From positions 1 to 43,921 of the forward strand of contig JAGOSX010000003.1 of NCBI GenBank assembly GCA_018062065.1: a DNA stretch of 43,921 nt. The letters are read 5' to 3'. Positions 1 to 8,753 of this stretch are shown here, piece by piece. Source of the stretch: Minisyncoccota bacterium. Its GTDB lineage: Bacteria > Patescibacteriota > Minisyncoccia > Phycocordibacterales > UBA9973. The notes under the pieces were generated by a model, which searched no databases, was not told the DNA's origin, and worked only from the letters and a program-made list of their open reading frames with translations. Position numbers and translations under genes: made by a program. Numbering within the stretch: position 1 is the stretch's first letter; every line of letters starts with the position of its first letter.

Positions 1-594
1 TTCTTCTTTCGTATTGATATTAGTAGTTGTGTGTCTACCTCTTGATCCATTTTTAGGTTTGATTATTATAGGTTTTTCGAGTTTATCGAAAGCTTTTAAA
101 GCTCCTCTCTCAGTGATAGCTAGAAAAGTTTTAGGAGAGTTAATATTATTTTTATTTAATTTTTTTGATAAGATTAATTTATCATCAACCCAAGTATAAC
201 CGTACTGATTTAGATGTGGTGGTATAGGTATACTTTCAAAATAATAAACTCCTCCATTAATAAAAACTCGATAATTATCAATATATCGATTAAAAATCTT
301 TATTTGTTCCATTCTAAGACCTCGTTTACGTGCTTCAATCCAAACTAATTCTCCACGTCCGCTTACGACTTTAGATATATCGGTATTATAACTGGCCATA
401 CCTATCATACGTAAAAAGGTATATAGCATAATTTCTACATATCTTGCTAATCTTCGGTTTTTATAAGCATTAAAAAAATACATCATAAATTTACCTAAAG
501 TTTCATTTAGGAAATTATCAATAAGCAGAAAAGTATGATTTACTGGACTAGTTCCGCAAGCACTACATGTTTTTTTGTTTTTTGTATTTTTCAT
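1..594 (-). CDS. ATP-grasp family enzyme (RimK / cyanophycin-synthetase-like), N-terminal 198 codons; the C-terminus lies beyond the window start
   Basis: Absent from the ORF track because it is open at the window edge. Hand translation of the reverse strand from ATG 594-592 gives MKNTKNKKTCSACGTSPV...GRGELVWIEARKRGLRMEQI...WVDDKLILSKKLNKNNINSPKTF...LEKPIIIKPKNGSRGRHTTTNINTKEE with no stop down to nt 1. The DK..L...P and hydrophobic-KP..GS.G.. segments match the ATP-grasp nucleotide-binding pattern. Confidence 0.55.
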   Translation of the reverse strand, partial: MKNTKNKKTCSACGTSPVNHTFLLIDNFLNETLGKFMMYFFNAYKNRRLARYVEIMLYTFLRMIGMASYNTDISKVVSGRGELVWIEARKRGLRMEQIKIFNRYIDNYRVFINGGVYYFESIPIPPHLNQYGYTWVDDKLILSKKLNKNNINSPKTFLAITERGALKAFDKLEKPIIIKPKNGSRGRHTTTNINTKEE

Positions 595-765
595 ATAAAC
601 GAAAAAAATTTAAAGAAACGATCGTCTCTTTAAATTTTTTCCAAGCTTACATAAAATTAGTGTCCTCCTAGCATATATTTTGTAAAAGATTAATTTAGTA
701 AAATCAATCGACTAATATATTATATCATTAAAATTATTAGCTAGTAAATACACATGTGGATAAAT

Positions 766-797
766 AAAAAGTCCCTAACTTTCGTTTGGGACTTTTT
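766..797 (-). terminator. Intrinsic terminator downstream of rpsA
   Basis: aaaaagtccc (766-775) pairs with gggacttttt (788-797) around a 12-nt loop. It lies 7 nt past the rpsA stop and is followed by a U-run on the minus-strand transcript. Confidence 0.7.
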
Positions 798-803
798 ATT
801 TAT

Positions 804-1889
804 TTACTCTAAGAACATAAGGGTCATTTTTTGTTCTTTTGGTTCAAAAAGAGTGATTTGGAAATTGTAATTCTTTCCTAATTCTAGCTTTTCTCTAAGT
901 TTTGATTCGCCACCTAAGGTAGAATTATGTACAAGACCTGCAACTCCTTCTTTGATAGAAATAAGAGCTCCGTGCTTGTTGTATTTAATAACTACACCTT
1001 TGATAATATCTCCTTTTTTAAGTTTACCTTCGTATTCTTTCCAAGGATTTTCTTTCAAAGCTTTGATTGATAGGGAAATTTTACCTTCTTTGATTTCGAT
1101 AACGCGAGCATGAATTTTTTCTCCAACTTTAAACATTGAACGAGGATCTTCAACCAAGCCCCAATCAAGTTCTGAGATGTGAACTAAACCTTCAAGACCA
1201 TCTTCTAATTTCAAGAATACTCCGAAATCAACAATACCTGCAATAGTGCATTCAATATCATCTCCTACGTTGTATTTGTTTAATATTTCTTTCTTTTCGT
1301 CTGGATTATTGTCTTTTTCTGAGAAGATTAATTTACCTTCTTTTGGTAGGGTAGAAATAATCATTACAGAAATTTTCTTGCCAATTAATTTCTTTAATTC
1401 TTTCAAAATTTTGTCTTTATCAGAATCAAGTACGCGAGGGTAGTGGTCAGTTTTTAATTGAGAAGCTGGTAAGAATCCAGAGATTCCTTGCCATTCTAAA
1501 ATTAAACCTCCTTTATTAGCATCTTTAATTTCAAGCTCCATAACAGTTTTCGCTTTAATAGCGCGTTCTGCTTCACTCCAAATTAAAGCTTGTTTAGCTT
1601 CTTTTAGAGAAAGTTCTGTATAGCCGTCTTCGTTTTCAACTTCAACAACTTTAGCCTTAATATTATCTCCAAGATTTATTTTCTTGATAATATCTTTAGC
1701 ATTAATAAATTCTTTTCCGTAGATAATACCAGTTCCGTATGGAGCTAAGTCTACGAATACGCGAGACTTTTCTATAGCGATAACAGGACCTTCTACGATA
1801 GATTCTATCTCAGGTTTGTTAACACTTTGTTCTAAAATTCCTTTTAGAACTAAATTTTCTTCAACAATTTCTTCTGTGTGTTTTTTCAT
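804..1889 (-). CDS. rpsA: 30S ribosomal protein S1 (four S1 RNA-binding domains)
   Basis: The 361-aa ORF has four repeats of the S1/OB pattern, e.g. GPVIAIEKSRVFVDL..GTGIIY, GGLILEWQGISGFLPASQL, GIVDFGVFLKLEDGLEGLVHISEL and GVVIKYNKHGALISIKEGVAGLVH. Confidence 0.85.
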   Translation of the reverse strand: MKKHTEEIVEENLVLKGILEQSVNKPEIESIVEGPVIAIEKSRVFVDLAPYGTGIIYGKEFINAKDIIKKINLGDNIKAKVVEVENEDGYTELSLKEAKQALIWSEAERAIKAKTVMELEIKDANKGGLILEWQGISGFLPASQLKTDHYPRVLDSDKDKILKELKKLIGKKISVMIISTLPKEGKLIFSEKDNNPDEKKEILNKYNVGDDIECTIAGIVDFGVFLKLEDGLEGLVHISELDWGLVEDPRSMFKVGEKIHARVIEIKEGKISLSIKALKENPWKEYEGKLKKGDIIKGVVIKYNKHGALISIKEGVAGLVHNSTLGGESKLREKLELGKNYNFQITLFEPKEQKMTLMFLE

Positions 1890-2079
1890 AAATTTAACTT
1901 AAAATAAAAATTCCGCCAATAATAAAGCGGATTTAAGGTTTTAGGTTCTATTTAAAATTACTTTTAATATAGGGTTAGCCTAAATCCATACTTTTAATAA
2001 AATATTTAAGTTGTAATAATATATTACTATAGTTTTATCAAAAAAGCAATATTTGATAATTTTCTTTATTTTTTAAATT

Positions 2080-2088
2080 TGGTATAAT
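2080..2088 (+). promoter_or_regulatory. Extended -10 promoter (TGGTATAAT) 7 nt upstream of ATG 2096; implies a leaderless transcript
   Basis: Exact TGnTATAAT match at 2080-2088. The start codon begins at 2096. Confidence 0.6.
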
Positions 2089-2095
2089 ACTAATA

Positions 2096-2728
2096 ATGAT
2101 AATCACATATTACGGAAAACAATTTTTTAAGATTACACAAGGGGATTTGACTGTTGCTTTTAATCCGGTTTCAAAGAATTCAAAGAGTGGGATAAATACT
2201 CACTTTGGAGCAGATTTAGCTTTAGTTACAACTAATCACCCTGATTATAACGGAACTTCTCAGCTTGAGCACGGTGATAGAGTTCCTTTTGTTATTTCTT
2301 CTCCTGGAGACTTTGAAGTCAAAGAAATTTTTATCAAAGGGTCTATGGTAGAAAATAATATCTCTGGCAAGAAATATATTAATACAATTTATTCTCTCGC
2401 AATCGATAGTATCAATATTGCATTTTTAGGCAGTCCTAGTGATGAGAATTTAAATAAAGAAGTGTTAGAAAGTATTAATGAACCAGACATTTTATTTATT
2501 CCAGTAGGAGGAAAAGACTTAGGTATGATAGACGTCAAAGGAGCAGCAAAGTTAGCTTCAATGCTTGAGCCTAAGATTATTATTCCTATGGAATATGATA
2601 AAGATACCTTAAAAGCTTTCTTGAAAGAAATGGGTGATGAAAAAGTAGAAGAATTAGATAAATTAACCTTAAAGAGAAAAGATTTAGAAGGTAAAGAAGG
2701 GGAAATAATAGTGTTAAAAATATCATAA
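2096..2728 (+). CDS. Metallo-beta-lactamase-fold protein (UPF0173/YtkL-like) with a degenerate metal-binding motif
   Basis: The N-terminus MIITYYGKQFFKI..GDLTVAFNP and DLALVTTNHPDYNG align by eye to the MBL-fold pattern ...LITHGHGDHLG. Only one His and the Asp of HxHxDH are kept. Confidence 0.5.
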   Translation: MIITYYGKQFFKITQGDLTVAFNPVSKNSKSGINTHFGADLALVTTNHPDYNGTSQLEHGDRVPFVISSPGDFEVKEIFIKGSMVENNISGKKYINTIYSLAIDSINIAFLGSPSDENLNKEVLESINEPDILFIPVGGKDLGMIDVKGAAKLASMLEPKIIIPMEYDKDTLKAFLKEMGDEKVEELDKLTLKRKDLEGKEGEIIVLKIS

Positions 2729-2729
2729 A

Positions 2730-2954
2730 ATGAAAAAATTAATTCATAAATTAAGAAATAAAAAGCACGAAGATAGGAGAACCATTCTGCATTTTACTTT
2801 GGTAGTTTGTGTATTGTTGCTTGGATTTTTATTTAGTTATACTTTGAAAGCAAATATTAGAGAAAATCGTGAAGATATAAAATCAGATTTTCAAGATTTT
2901 GAAAATTTAAAAGAAAGCTTGTCGGATGATTTAGAAAATTTTAGTAATAATTAA
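2730..2954 (+). CDS. Small single-pass membrane protein, unknown function
   Basis: The 74-aa ORF fills the gap between flanking genes exactly (1-2 nt junctions). It has a basic N-terminus, one hydrophobic helix ([19 protein letters not shown]) and an acidic tail. Confidence 0.5.
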   Translation: MKKLIHKLRNKKHEDRRTILHFTLVVCVLLLGFLFSYTLKANIRENREDIKSDFQDFENLKESLSDDLENFSNN

Positions 2955-2956
2955 TT

Positions 2957-5416
2957 ATGGCAAAAGATAAAAAAGAAAATAATATAGAAGATAATTCAGT
3001 AGATAAGATTTTACCGATTGATATTATCAAAGAAATGAAAGAATCATACTTAGCATATGCTATGAGTGTGATTACTTCCCGTGCTTTGCCTGATGTTCGT
3101 GACGGATTAAAGCCTGTACATCGTCGTATTTTATACGCTATGCATGAGATGGGACTTACTTATCAATCTCGTTTTCGTAAATCAGCTACCGTAGTCGGAG
3201 ATGTGCTCGGTAAATATCACCCTCATGGAGATGTTGCAGTTTATGATTCTATGGTAGGTCTTGCACAAGAATTTTCTGCTCGTTATCCTTTTGTTTTAGG
3301 TCAAGGTAACTTCGGTTCTATTGATGGAGATAATGCTGCGGCTATGCGTTATACTGAGGCAAAAATGGCAAAGTTGTCTGCGGAAATGCTTCGTGATATC
3401 GAAAAAGAAACTGTAGATTTTCGTCCTAACTATGACCAAACTCGCAAAGAGCCGACTGTTTTCCCATCTGCTATACCTTCACTTCTTTTAAATGGGACTT
3501 TGGGTATTGCGGTAGGTATGGCTACAAATATTCCACCTCATAACTTAGGTGAAGTATTAGACGCTACTGATCATTTGATAGAAAATCCAGAATCCACTAC
3601 TGAAGATTTAATGCAATTCATCAAGGGTCCAGATTTTCCAACCGGAGGAGTTGCTTATGGTCATAAGGATATGCTTCATGCTTATTCGAGTGGACGTGGA
3701 GGAGTTGTTTGTCGTGGAGAGGCCGAAATCGTAGAGCAAAAAGGTGGAATGTATCAAATTATAATTACTTCTATACCTTATCGTGTTAATAAAGCAAACT
3801 TGATTATGAGTATTGCTGAATTAGTTCAAGAGAAAAAACTAGACGGTATTAAAGGTTTAAGAGACGAATCAACAAAAGATATTCGTATTGTTATTGATCT
3901 TAAAGCTGGAGCTTATCCTGAAAAAGTTTTAAATTATATTTATAAAAATACTCAACTCGAATCAAACTTCAACTATAATATGCTCGCTCTAGTAGAAGGA
4001 GTACCTCAAACCTTATCTCTCCGTTCTATTTTAGATAATTTTATAACTCACAGAAAAGAAATAGTTAAAAGAAGAAGTGAATATGACCTTAGAAAAGCTC
4101 AAGACAGAGAGCATATCTTGCTTGGACTTAAAAAAGCTTTAGATAAAATAGACCGTGTTATTACTATAATTCGTTCATCTAAAGACAGTGCTGTAGCAAA
4201 GGTGAATTTGATTAAAGAATTTAAATTCTCTGATTTGCAAGCGACTGCAATTCTTGAAATGAAACTTGCTAAATTAGCAGGACTTGAAAGAAAAGCTATC
4301 GAAGACGAACTTAAAGCAAAACAAGACTTCATTAAAGAAATGCAAGATTTGCTTGCAAGCCCAAAGAAAATTTTGAAAGTAATTAGCAATGAAATAAAAG
4401 AAATTCGTGAAAAATATGCTGATGATCGCAGAACTAAAATTATCAAAGGTGGCGTGAAAGAAATTTCTGAAGAAGATTTAGTCCCAGAAGAAGAAACTGT
4501 ACTCGTCTATACTTCCGGAGGTTACGTGAAGCGTACTGATCCAAAAGAATATCATTCTCAAAAACGTGGAGGAGTAGGAGTTATTGATCTCGAAACCAAA
4601 GAAGAAGATTTTGTTACAATGCTACTTAACGGATCTACCCATGATGATTTGCTATTCTTTACTAATTTAGGTAAAGCTTATAGCATCAAAATGTATGATA
4701 TTCCAGTAGGTAAAAGAGCTACTAAAGGTAAATCTATTATGAATTTCTTATCTTTGTCTGATTCTGAAAAAGTAACTTCGATTTTACCAATGCCAAAGAG
4801 TAATGATAAAACTTCTTCTCTAATGCTCGTAACTAAAAACGGTACCGCAAAGAAAATGGCAAGTTCTTCTTTCTCTGATGTCCGTAGGAGTGGAATTATT
4901 GCAATTAAATTAGATAAAGGAGATAGTTTAGTTTCAGCGTTGATTACGGCAAAAGGTGATAACGTGATTGTAGCTACTGGAGATGGTCAATCTATTCGAT
5001 TTAAAGAGTCTGATATTCGGGAGATGGGACGTACTGCTGGAGGAGTTAGAGGTATAAAGCTTGATAAAAATGACGAAGTAATTAGTGTAGATGTAATTCG
5101 TAAAGAATTAGGAGATAAAGGATTTTTCTTGACTATGAGTGCAAACGGTTTAGGTAAGAAAACTTCACTTTCAGAATACAAAGTTCAAAACCGTGGAGGA
5201 AGCGGAATAAAGACTGCTAAAATTACTCCTAAAACCGGTAAGTTAATAGTTGCAAAAGTTATTAATGATGAAGAAGAATTAATCGCTATGTCTAAAAAGG
5301 GTCAAGTTATCAGAACTGCTCTCAAAGATATTCCTGACCTCGGACGTCAAACTCAAGGAGTTACAATTATGAGACTACGTGGTGGAGACGGTATAGCATC
5401 GCTCACTTGTTTCTAA
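2957..5416 (+). CDS. gyrA: DNA gyrase subunit A
   Basis: 819 aa. Carries GKYHPHGD (QRDR), the [11 protein letters not shown] active-site Tyr motif, a coiled-coil tower and a C-terminal beta-pinwheel with repeated G.G...I.L segments. Confidence 0.97.
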   Translation: MAKDKKENNIEDNSVDKILPIDIIKEMKESYLAYAMSVITSRALPDVRDGLKPVHRRILYAMHEMGLTYQSRFRKSATVVGDVLGKYHPHGDVAVYDSMVGLAQEFSARYPFVLGQGNFGSIDGDNAAAMRYTEAKMAKLSAEMLRDIEKETVDFRPNYDQTRKEPTVFPSAIPSLLLNGTLGIAVGMATNIPPHNLGEVLDATDHLIENPESTTEDLMQFIKGPDFPTGGVAYGHKDMLHAYSSGRGGVVCRGEAEIVEQKGGMYQIIITSIPYRVNKANLIMSIAELVQEKKLDGIKGLRDESTKDIRIVIDLKAGAYPEKVLNYIYKNTQLESNFNYNMLALVEGVPQTLSLRSILDNFITHRKEIVKRRSEYDLRKAQDREHILLGLKKALDKIDRVITIIRSSKDSAVAKVNLIKEFKFSDLQATAILEMKLAKLAGLERKAIEDELKAKQDFIKEMQDLLASPKKILKVISNEIKEIREKYADDRRTKIIKGGVKEISEEDLVPEEETVLVYTSGGYVKRTDPKEYHSQKRGGVGVIDLETKEEDFVTMLLNGSTHDDLLFFTNLGKAYSIKMYDIPVGKRATKGKSIMNFLSLSDSEKVTSILPMPKSNDKTSSLMLVTKNGTAKKMASSSFSDVRRSGIIAIKLDKGDSLVSALITAKGDNVIVATGDGQSIRFKESDIREMGRTAGGVRGIKLDKNDEVISVDVIRKELGDKGFFLTMSANGLGKKTSLSEYKVQNRGGSGIKTAKITPKTGKLIVAKVINDEEELIAMSKKGQVIRTALKDIPDLGRQTQGVTIMRLRGGDGIASLTCF

Positions 5417-5426
5417 AATTTAAAAT

Positions 5427-5456
5427 AAAAAACTCTACAAATAGTAGAGTTTTTTA
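5427..5456 (+). terminator. Intrinsic terminator after gyrA
   Basis: actctac (5432-5438) pairs with gtagagt (5444-5450) around a 5-nt loop. The hairpin has an A-run before it and a T-run after it. Confidence 0.75.
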
Positions 5457-5465
5457 TTTTAAAAA

Positions 5466-5474
5466 TGTTATAAT
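5466..5474 (+). promoter_or_regulatory. Extended -10 promoter (TGTTATAAT) 6 nt upstream of ATG 5481; candidate operon promoter
   Basis: Exact TGnTATAAT match directly after the gyrA terminator. The next terminator on this strand is at 9543. Confidence 0.65.
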
Positions 5475-5480
5475 TATAGA

Positions 5481-6014
5481 ATGTTTAGTAATCCCATTTC
5501 CAATTTAAAATTTTTAGATTTATCTCACGATATGATAGTCGCTGATTTGGGGGCAGGGACTGGTTTTTATACTTTGAATGTAGCGCAACTTGTACCGAAA
5601 GGTAAAGTCTATGCTATCGATATTAATAAAGATTTTTTGAAAACTATAGCAAATACTTCTCTTGATAAAAAAATCAAAAATATAGAAATCTTGCATGCTG
5701 ATTTAGAACACAAAGAAGGTTCTAAACTTAAAGATTCTTTAATTGATCGCGTTATTATTTCTAATATTTTATTTATGATTACTAACCGCAAAGCTTTCCT
5801 TAAAGAATCAAATCGGATTTTAAAAGAAGGAGGCAAGGTTTTATTTGTAGATTTTGATCCGAATTCTTCTATTTTAAAAAATACAAAGCATAAAACCTTA
5901 ACCAAAGACGAAGCCCGCCAAATTTTTGAAGATGCGAGTTTTGTTTACGAACGTGATTTCATGACAGGAGATCATCATTATGGTATGATTTTTACAAAGC
6001 CAATTAAAAAATAA
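5481..6014 (+). CDS. Class I SAM-dependent methyltransferase
   Basis: Motif I VADLGAGTGFYT, then an acidic residue after beta-2 (YAIDIN), then ILKEGGKVLFVDF. Confidence 0.8.
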   Translation: MFSNPISNLKFLDLSHDMIVADLGAGTGFYTLNVAQLVPKGKVYAIDINKDFLKTIANTSLDKKIKNIEILHADLEHKEGSKLKDSLIDRVIISNILFMITNRKAFLKESNRILKEGGKVLFVDFDPNSSILKNTKHKTLTKDEARQIFEDASFVYERDFMTGDHHYGMIFTKPIKK

Positions 6015-6015
6015 A

Positions 6016-7317
6016 ATGGGAAATTTAAAAAACTTTCAATTAGTTATGGTCGTCTTGTTTGCCTTCGGAGGCATCTTAGGAGTTTTTGTTTTTGCTGGAT
6101 TTATTGATCTTGGTGGTAAGGCGGTTAATAGTGGACCTACTGGAACAGTAGTAATTTGGGGGACTTATCCTAAAAGTACAATTGATGTAATTCTTTCTCC
6201 TATTAACGAAAAACAAACGTTTACTATGAAATACGTAGCTAAAGATAAAGGAACTTATGAAAAAGATTTGCTTGAAGCTTTTGCTACAAATACAGGTCCA
6301 GATTTATTTTTTGTAACCGATGATATTTTATTAGACAACCTTACAAAAATTTCAATTACTCCTTATGATAATTTCCCTCTAGTTAATTTTAAAAACTCTT
6401 TTGCTGAAGGAGGAGAAGTATTTTTAAATTCAAATGGAATTTTAGCTTTCCCTGTTTTGATAGATCCGTTAATGATGTATTATAATCGTACTTTACTTGA
6501 TTCTAATAATATTGTATATGCTCCAAAGTATTGGGATGAATTTCCTAATTTAGTAAAAATTTTTACTAAAAGAGATCTAGCTAATGGAAATAATAATTTT
6601 ATACAGCACGCTTTTGCTTTAGGACAATTTTCTAATATTAATAATGCTAAAGATATTATTGTTTCTATGTTTATGCAAAATGGTAATAAAATTTCTAATT
6701 TTAATAATTCATATTATAGATCTGTTATTAAAATCGATGATAATGAGAACTTAATTAATAGTTTGGCATTTTATCTGAGTTTTTCTGATCCTTTAAATTC
6801 TAACTATTCTTGGAATAGATCTTCAGGTAACTCTTTTGATCTTTTTAGTAAAGAAGAACTAGTGTTTTATTTTGGTTTTGCTAGTGAACTTGCTAGTTTA
6901 TTTGAAAAAAATCCAAATTTAAATTTTCAAGTCACTTCTTTGCCTCAAATTCAAAATAGTAATTTTAAAGTCACACGTGGTAAAGTAACAGGTATTGCAA
7001 TTTCTAAAGATACAAAAGATCAAAATTTAACAAGAATAGCATTAAATATATTAACTACTGGTGAATTTGCTGAACAATTAAGTCTTGCTTTAAATATACC
7101 ACCTGCACGTCGTGATCTTTTAGTTAAACAAGGTAAAGATATTTATACCCCAGTCTTTTATTCGTCAGCTTTATTTGCAAAAAGTTTTATTGATAGAAAG
7201 GAATCTAGTAATATTTTCCGTATTATGGTTGAAGAAGTTTTATCTAACGGTTCGAATCTGAATGACGCTATTGATAATTTACATAACCGTTTTAATCTTT
7301 TATTATTAAATAATTAA
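6016..7317 (+). CDS. Membrane-anchored extracellular solute-binding protein (ABC family-1 SBP-like), orphan
   Basis: N-terminal TM helix, then GTVVIWGTYP...PDLFFVTDD...ILAFPVLIDPLMMYYNRTLL...APKYWDEFPNLVK. This is the classic SBP_bac_1 pattern (vW....PDv....P...d...lyYN...P.tWdE). No permease or ATPase gene is present in the window. Confidence 0.6.
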   Translation: MGNLKNFQLVMVVLFAFGGILGVFVFAGFIDLGGKAVNSGPTGTVVIWGTYPKSTIDVILSPINEKQTFTMKYVAKDKGTYEKDLLEAFATNTGPDLFFVTDDILLDNLTKISITPYDNFPLVNFKNSFAEGGEVFLNSNGILAFPVLIDPLMMYYNRTLLDSNNIVYAPKYWDEFPNLVKIFTKRDLANGNNNFIQHAFALGQFSNINNAKDIIVSMFMQNGNKISNFNNSYYRSVIKIDDNENLINSLAFYLSFSDPLNSNYSWNRSSGNSFDLFSKEELVFYFGFASELASLFEKNPNLNFQVTSLPQIQNSNFKVTRGKVTGIAISKDTKDQNLTRIALNILTTGEFAEQLSLALNIPPARRDLLVKQGKDIYTPVFYSSALFAKSFIDRKESSNIFRIMVEEVLSNGSNLNDAIDNLHNRFNLLLLNN

Positions 7318-7318
7318 C

Positions 7319-7780
7319 ATGAACAAATTTAATATTTTAATTTTAAGTTTAGTATTATTAATAATTTTATTTATTGGACCTTTTTATTCTTTTGCACAAG
7401 GAAATGATGCAGATTTTGAAGCTGGTAAGAGTTTAGTACCTTGTGGTAATGATGTAACCAGTATTTCTACTGATATCAAAACTCACAAAGAAGTTGGTGG
7501 AGAAGTAATAAATCCGTGCGATATTTCTCATTTATTTATTTTAATTAATAATTTATTAGAATTTATTTTAATTTATTTAGTATTACCTATTGCTACTGTT
7601 ATACTTATGTATGCCGGGTTTAAATTACTTTTTTCAGGAGGGGATACCCATGCTCGATCTGAGGCTAAAAGTATGTTTTGGAACGTAGTTAAAGGAGTAG
7701 TATTTATTGCTGGTGCTTGGCTTATAGTTAATACTTTATTAAACATTTTAGGTTATACAGGTTCGACTCTTTTAAAATAA
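7319..7780 (+). CDS. Small exported two-helix membrane protein, TrbC/VirB2-type (T4SS-pilin-like); paralog 1 of 5
   Basis: Signal peptide (..FYSFAQG), a variable region with 2 Cys, then LVLPIATVILMYAGFKLLFSGGD-THARSEAKS-VVKGVVFIAGAWLIVNTLLNILG. That is two hydrophobic helices separated by a short charged loop. Confidence 0.6.
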   Translation: MNKFNILILSLVLLIILFIGPFYSFAQGNDADFEAGKSLVPCGNDVTSISTDIKTHKEVGGEVINPCDISHLFILINNLLEFILIYLVLPIATVILMYAGFKLLFSGGDTHARSEAKSMFWNVVKGVVFIAGAWLIVNTLLNILGYTGSTLLK

Positions 7781-7797
7781 TAAGTTATAATTGTTGT

Positions 7798-8196
7798 ATG
7801 AATTTTAAATCTATATTTTTTAGGAAAATAATACCAGTATTTAGTTTTGTTTTAATTTTTATGTTTTTTAGTAGTTTTTTTGTTTTAGCTCAAGACAATG
7901 GAGCTTCACCTGGAACTACAACTACTAATAAAATTGAAGTTCTTAATAATCCTATAAAATCTAATACTATTCAAGATTTTGTTAGAAATGTTTTGCAGAA
8001 TATTGTAAAACTAGGTATACCTCTTATAGCTTTAGCTATTATTTATTCAGGATTTCTTTTTGTATCTGCAGTTGGAAATCCAGGTAAAATAGAAGAGGCT
8101 AAAACTGCATTTATAAATGCACTTATAGGTGCGGCACTTTTATTAGGGGCTTGGGGTATAGCAGAAATAGTCGTTGAAACAGTTAAAGCATTATAA
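7798..8196 (+). CDS. TrbC/VirB2-type pilin-like protein; paralog 2 of 5
   Basis: Signal peptide (..FFVLAQD), a Thr-rich variable region, then GIPLIALAIIYSGFLFVSAVGNPGKIEEAKTAFINALIGAALLLGAWGIAEIV. Confidence 0.6.
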   Translation: MNFKSIFFRKIIPVFSFVLIFMFFSSFFVLAQDNGASPGTTTTNKIEVLNNPIKSNTIQDFVRNVLQNIVKLGIPLIALAIIYSGFLFVSAVGNPGKIEEAKTAFINALIGAALLLGAWGIAEIVVETVKAL

Positions 8197-8211
8197 ATTA
8201 ATTTTAAAAAT

Positions 8212-8628
8212 ATGAAAAAATTCCAAAAAATCTTTTTAGCAAATCTTTTAGTTTTAGGTATATTAATTTCACCTGTATTAGTTTTTGGGCAAGGAACTGG
8301 AGGGGCTACAACTACTTCTAGCACTAATTCTTGTAAATTACCTGATAATGGAACTAAGATTCAAGATTTGATGAATTACATAAACTGTATTTTTAATAGA
8401 TCTGTAATTCCTCTTTTGTTTACTCTAGCTCTAGTTTTTTTTACTTATGGAGTTGTGCAATTTATGCTTAATCCTGCAAATGAAGAAAAGAGAGAAAAGG
8501 GTAAATCTTATATGGTTTGGGGTATTATAGGACTTACTGTTATGGTTTCGGTATGGGGACTTGTGAATATTTTAGGTAGTACTTTCGGCTTAGATACTGG
8601 ATTTGTGCCGCAAGTATCCCCAAATTAA
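8212..8628 (+). CDS. TrbC/VirB2-type pilin-like protein; paralog 3 of 5
   Basis: Signal peptide (..VLVFGQG), a Thr/Ser-rich variable region with 2 Cys, then VIPLLFTLALVFFTYGVVQFMLNPANEEKREKGKSYMVWGIIGLTVMVSVWGLVNILG. Confidence 0.6.
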   Translation: MKKFQKIFLANLLVLGILISPVLVFGQGTGGATTTSSTNSCKLPDNGTKIQDLMNYINCIFNRSVIPLLFTLALVFFTYGVVQFMLNPANEEKREKGKSYMVWGIIGLTVMVSVWGLVNILGSTFGLDTGFVPQVSPN

Positions 8629-8661
8629 GCTTCATATACTTGCGTTTTTATATAAAGTTTA

Positions 8662-8670
8662 TGATATAAT
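8662..8670 (+). promoter_or_regulatory. Extended -10 promoter (TGATATAAT) inside the pilin-like array
   Basis: Exact TGnTATAAT match in the only sizeable gap (125 bp) of the array. An ATG lies 6 nt downstream at 8677 and opens a 4-codon ORF. Confidence 0.45.
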
Positions 8671-8753
8671 TTATGTATGCCTATTATTTAGGAAGATAAA
8701 AGGTCGAGTGAAAAAATTAGAATTATAAAATTTAACGTTAAAATTTATAAAAT

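Noticed and set aside
14-199. A 61-aa plus-strand ORF at the left edge.
   Set aside because: It is antisense to the edge-truncated ATP-grasp gene, which has a clean 198-codon open frame and family motifs.
8673-8699. An alternative 8-codon upstream ORF (MYAYYLGR*) starting at ATG 8673 in the pilin-array gap.
   Set aside because: This ATG lies only 2 nt after the -10 hexamer, so it would be upstream of the likely transcription start. ATG 8677 fits the recurrent 6-nt geometry better. Both remain speculative.
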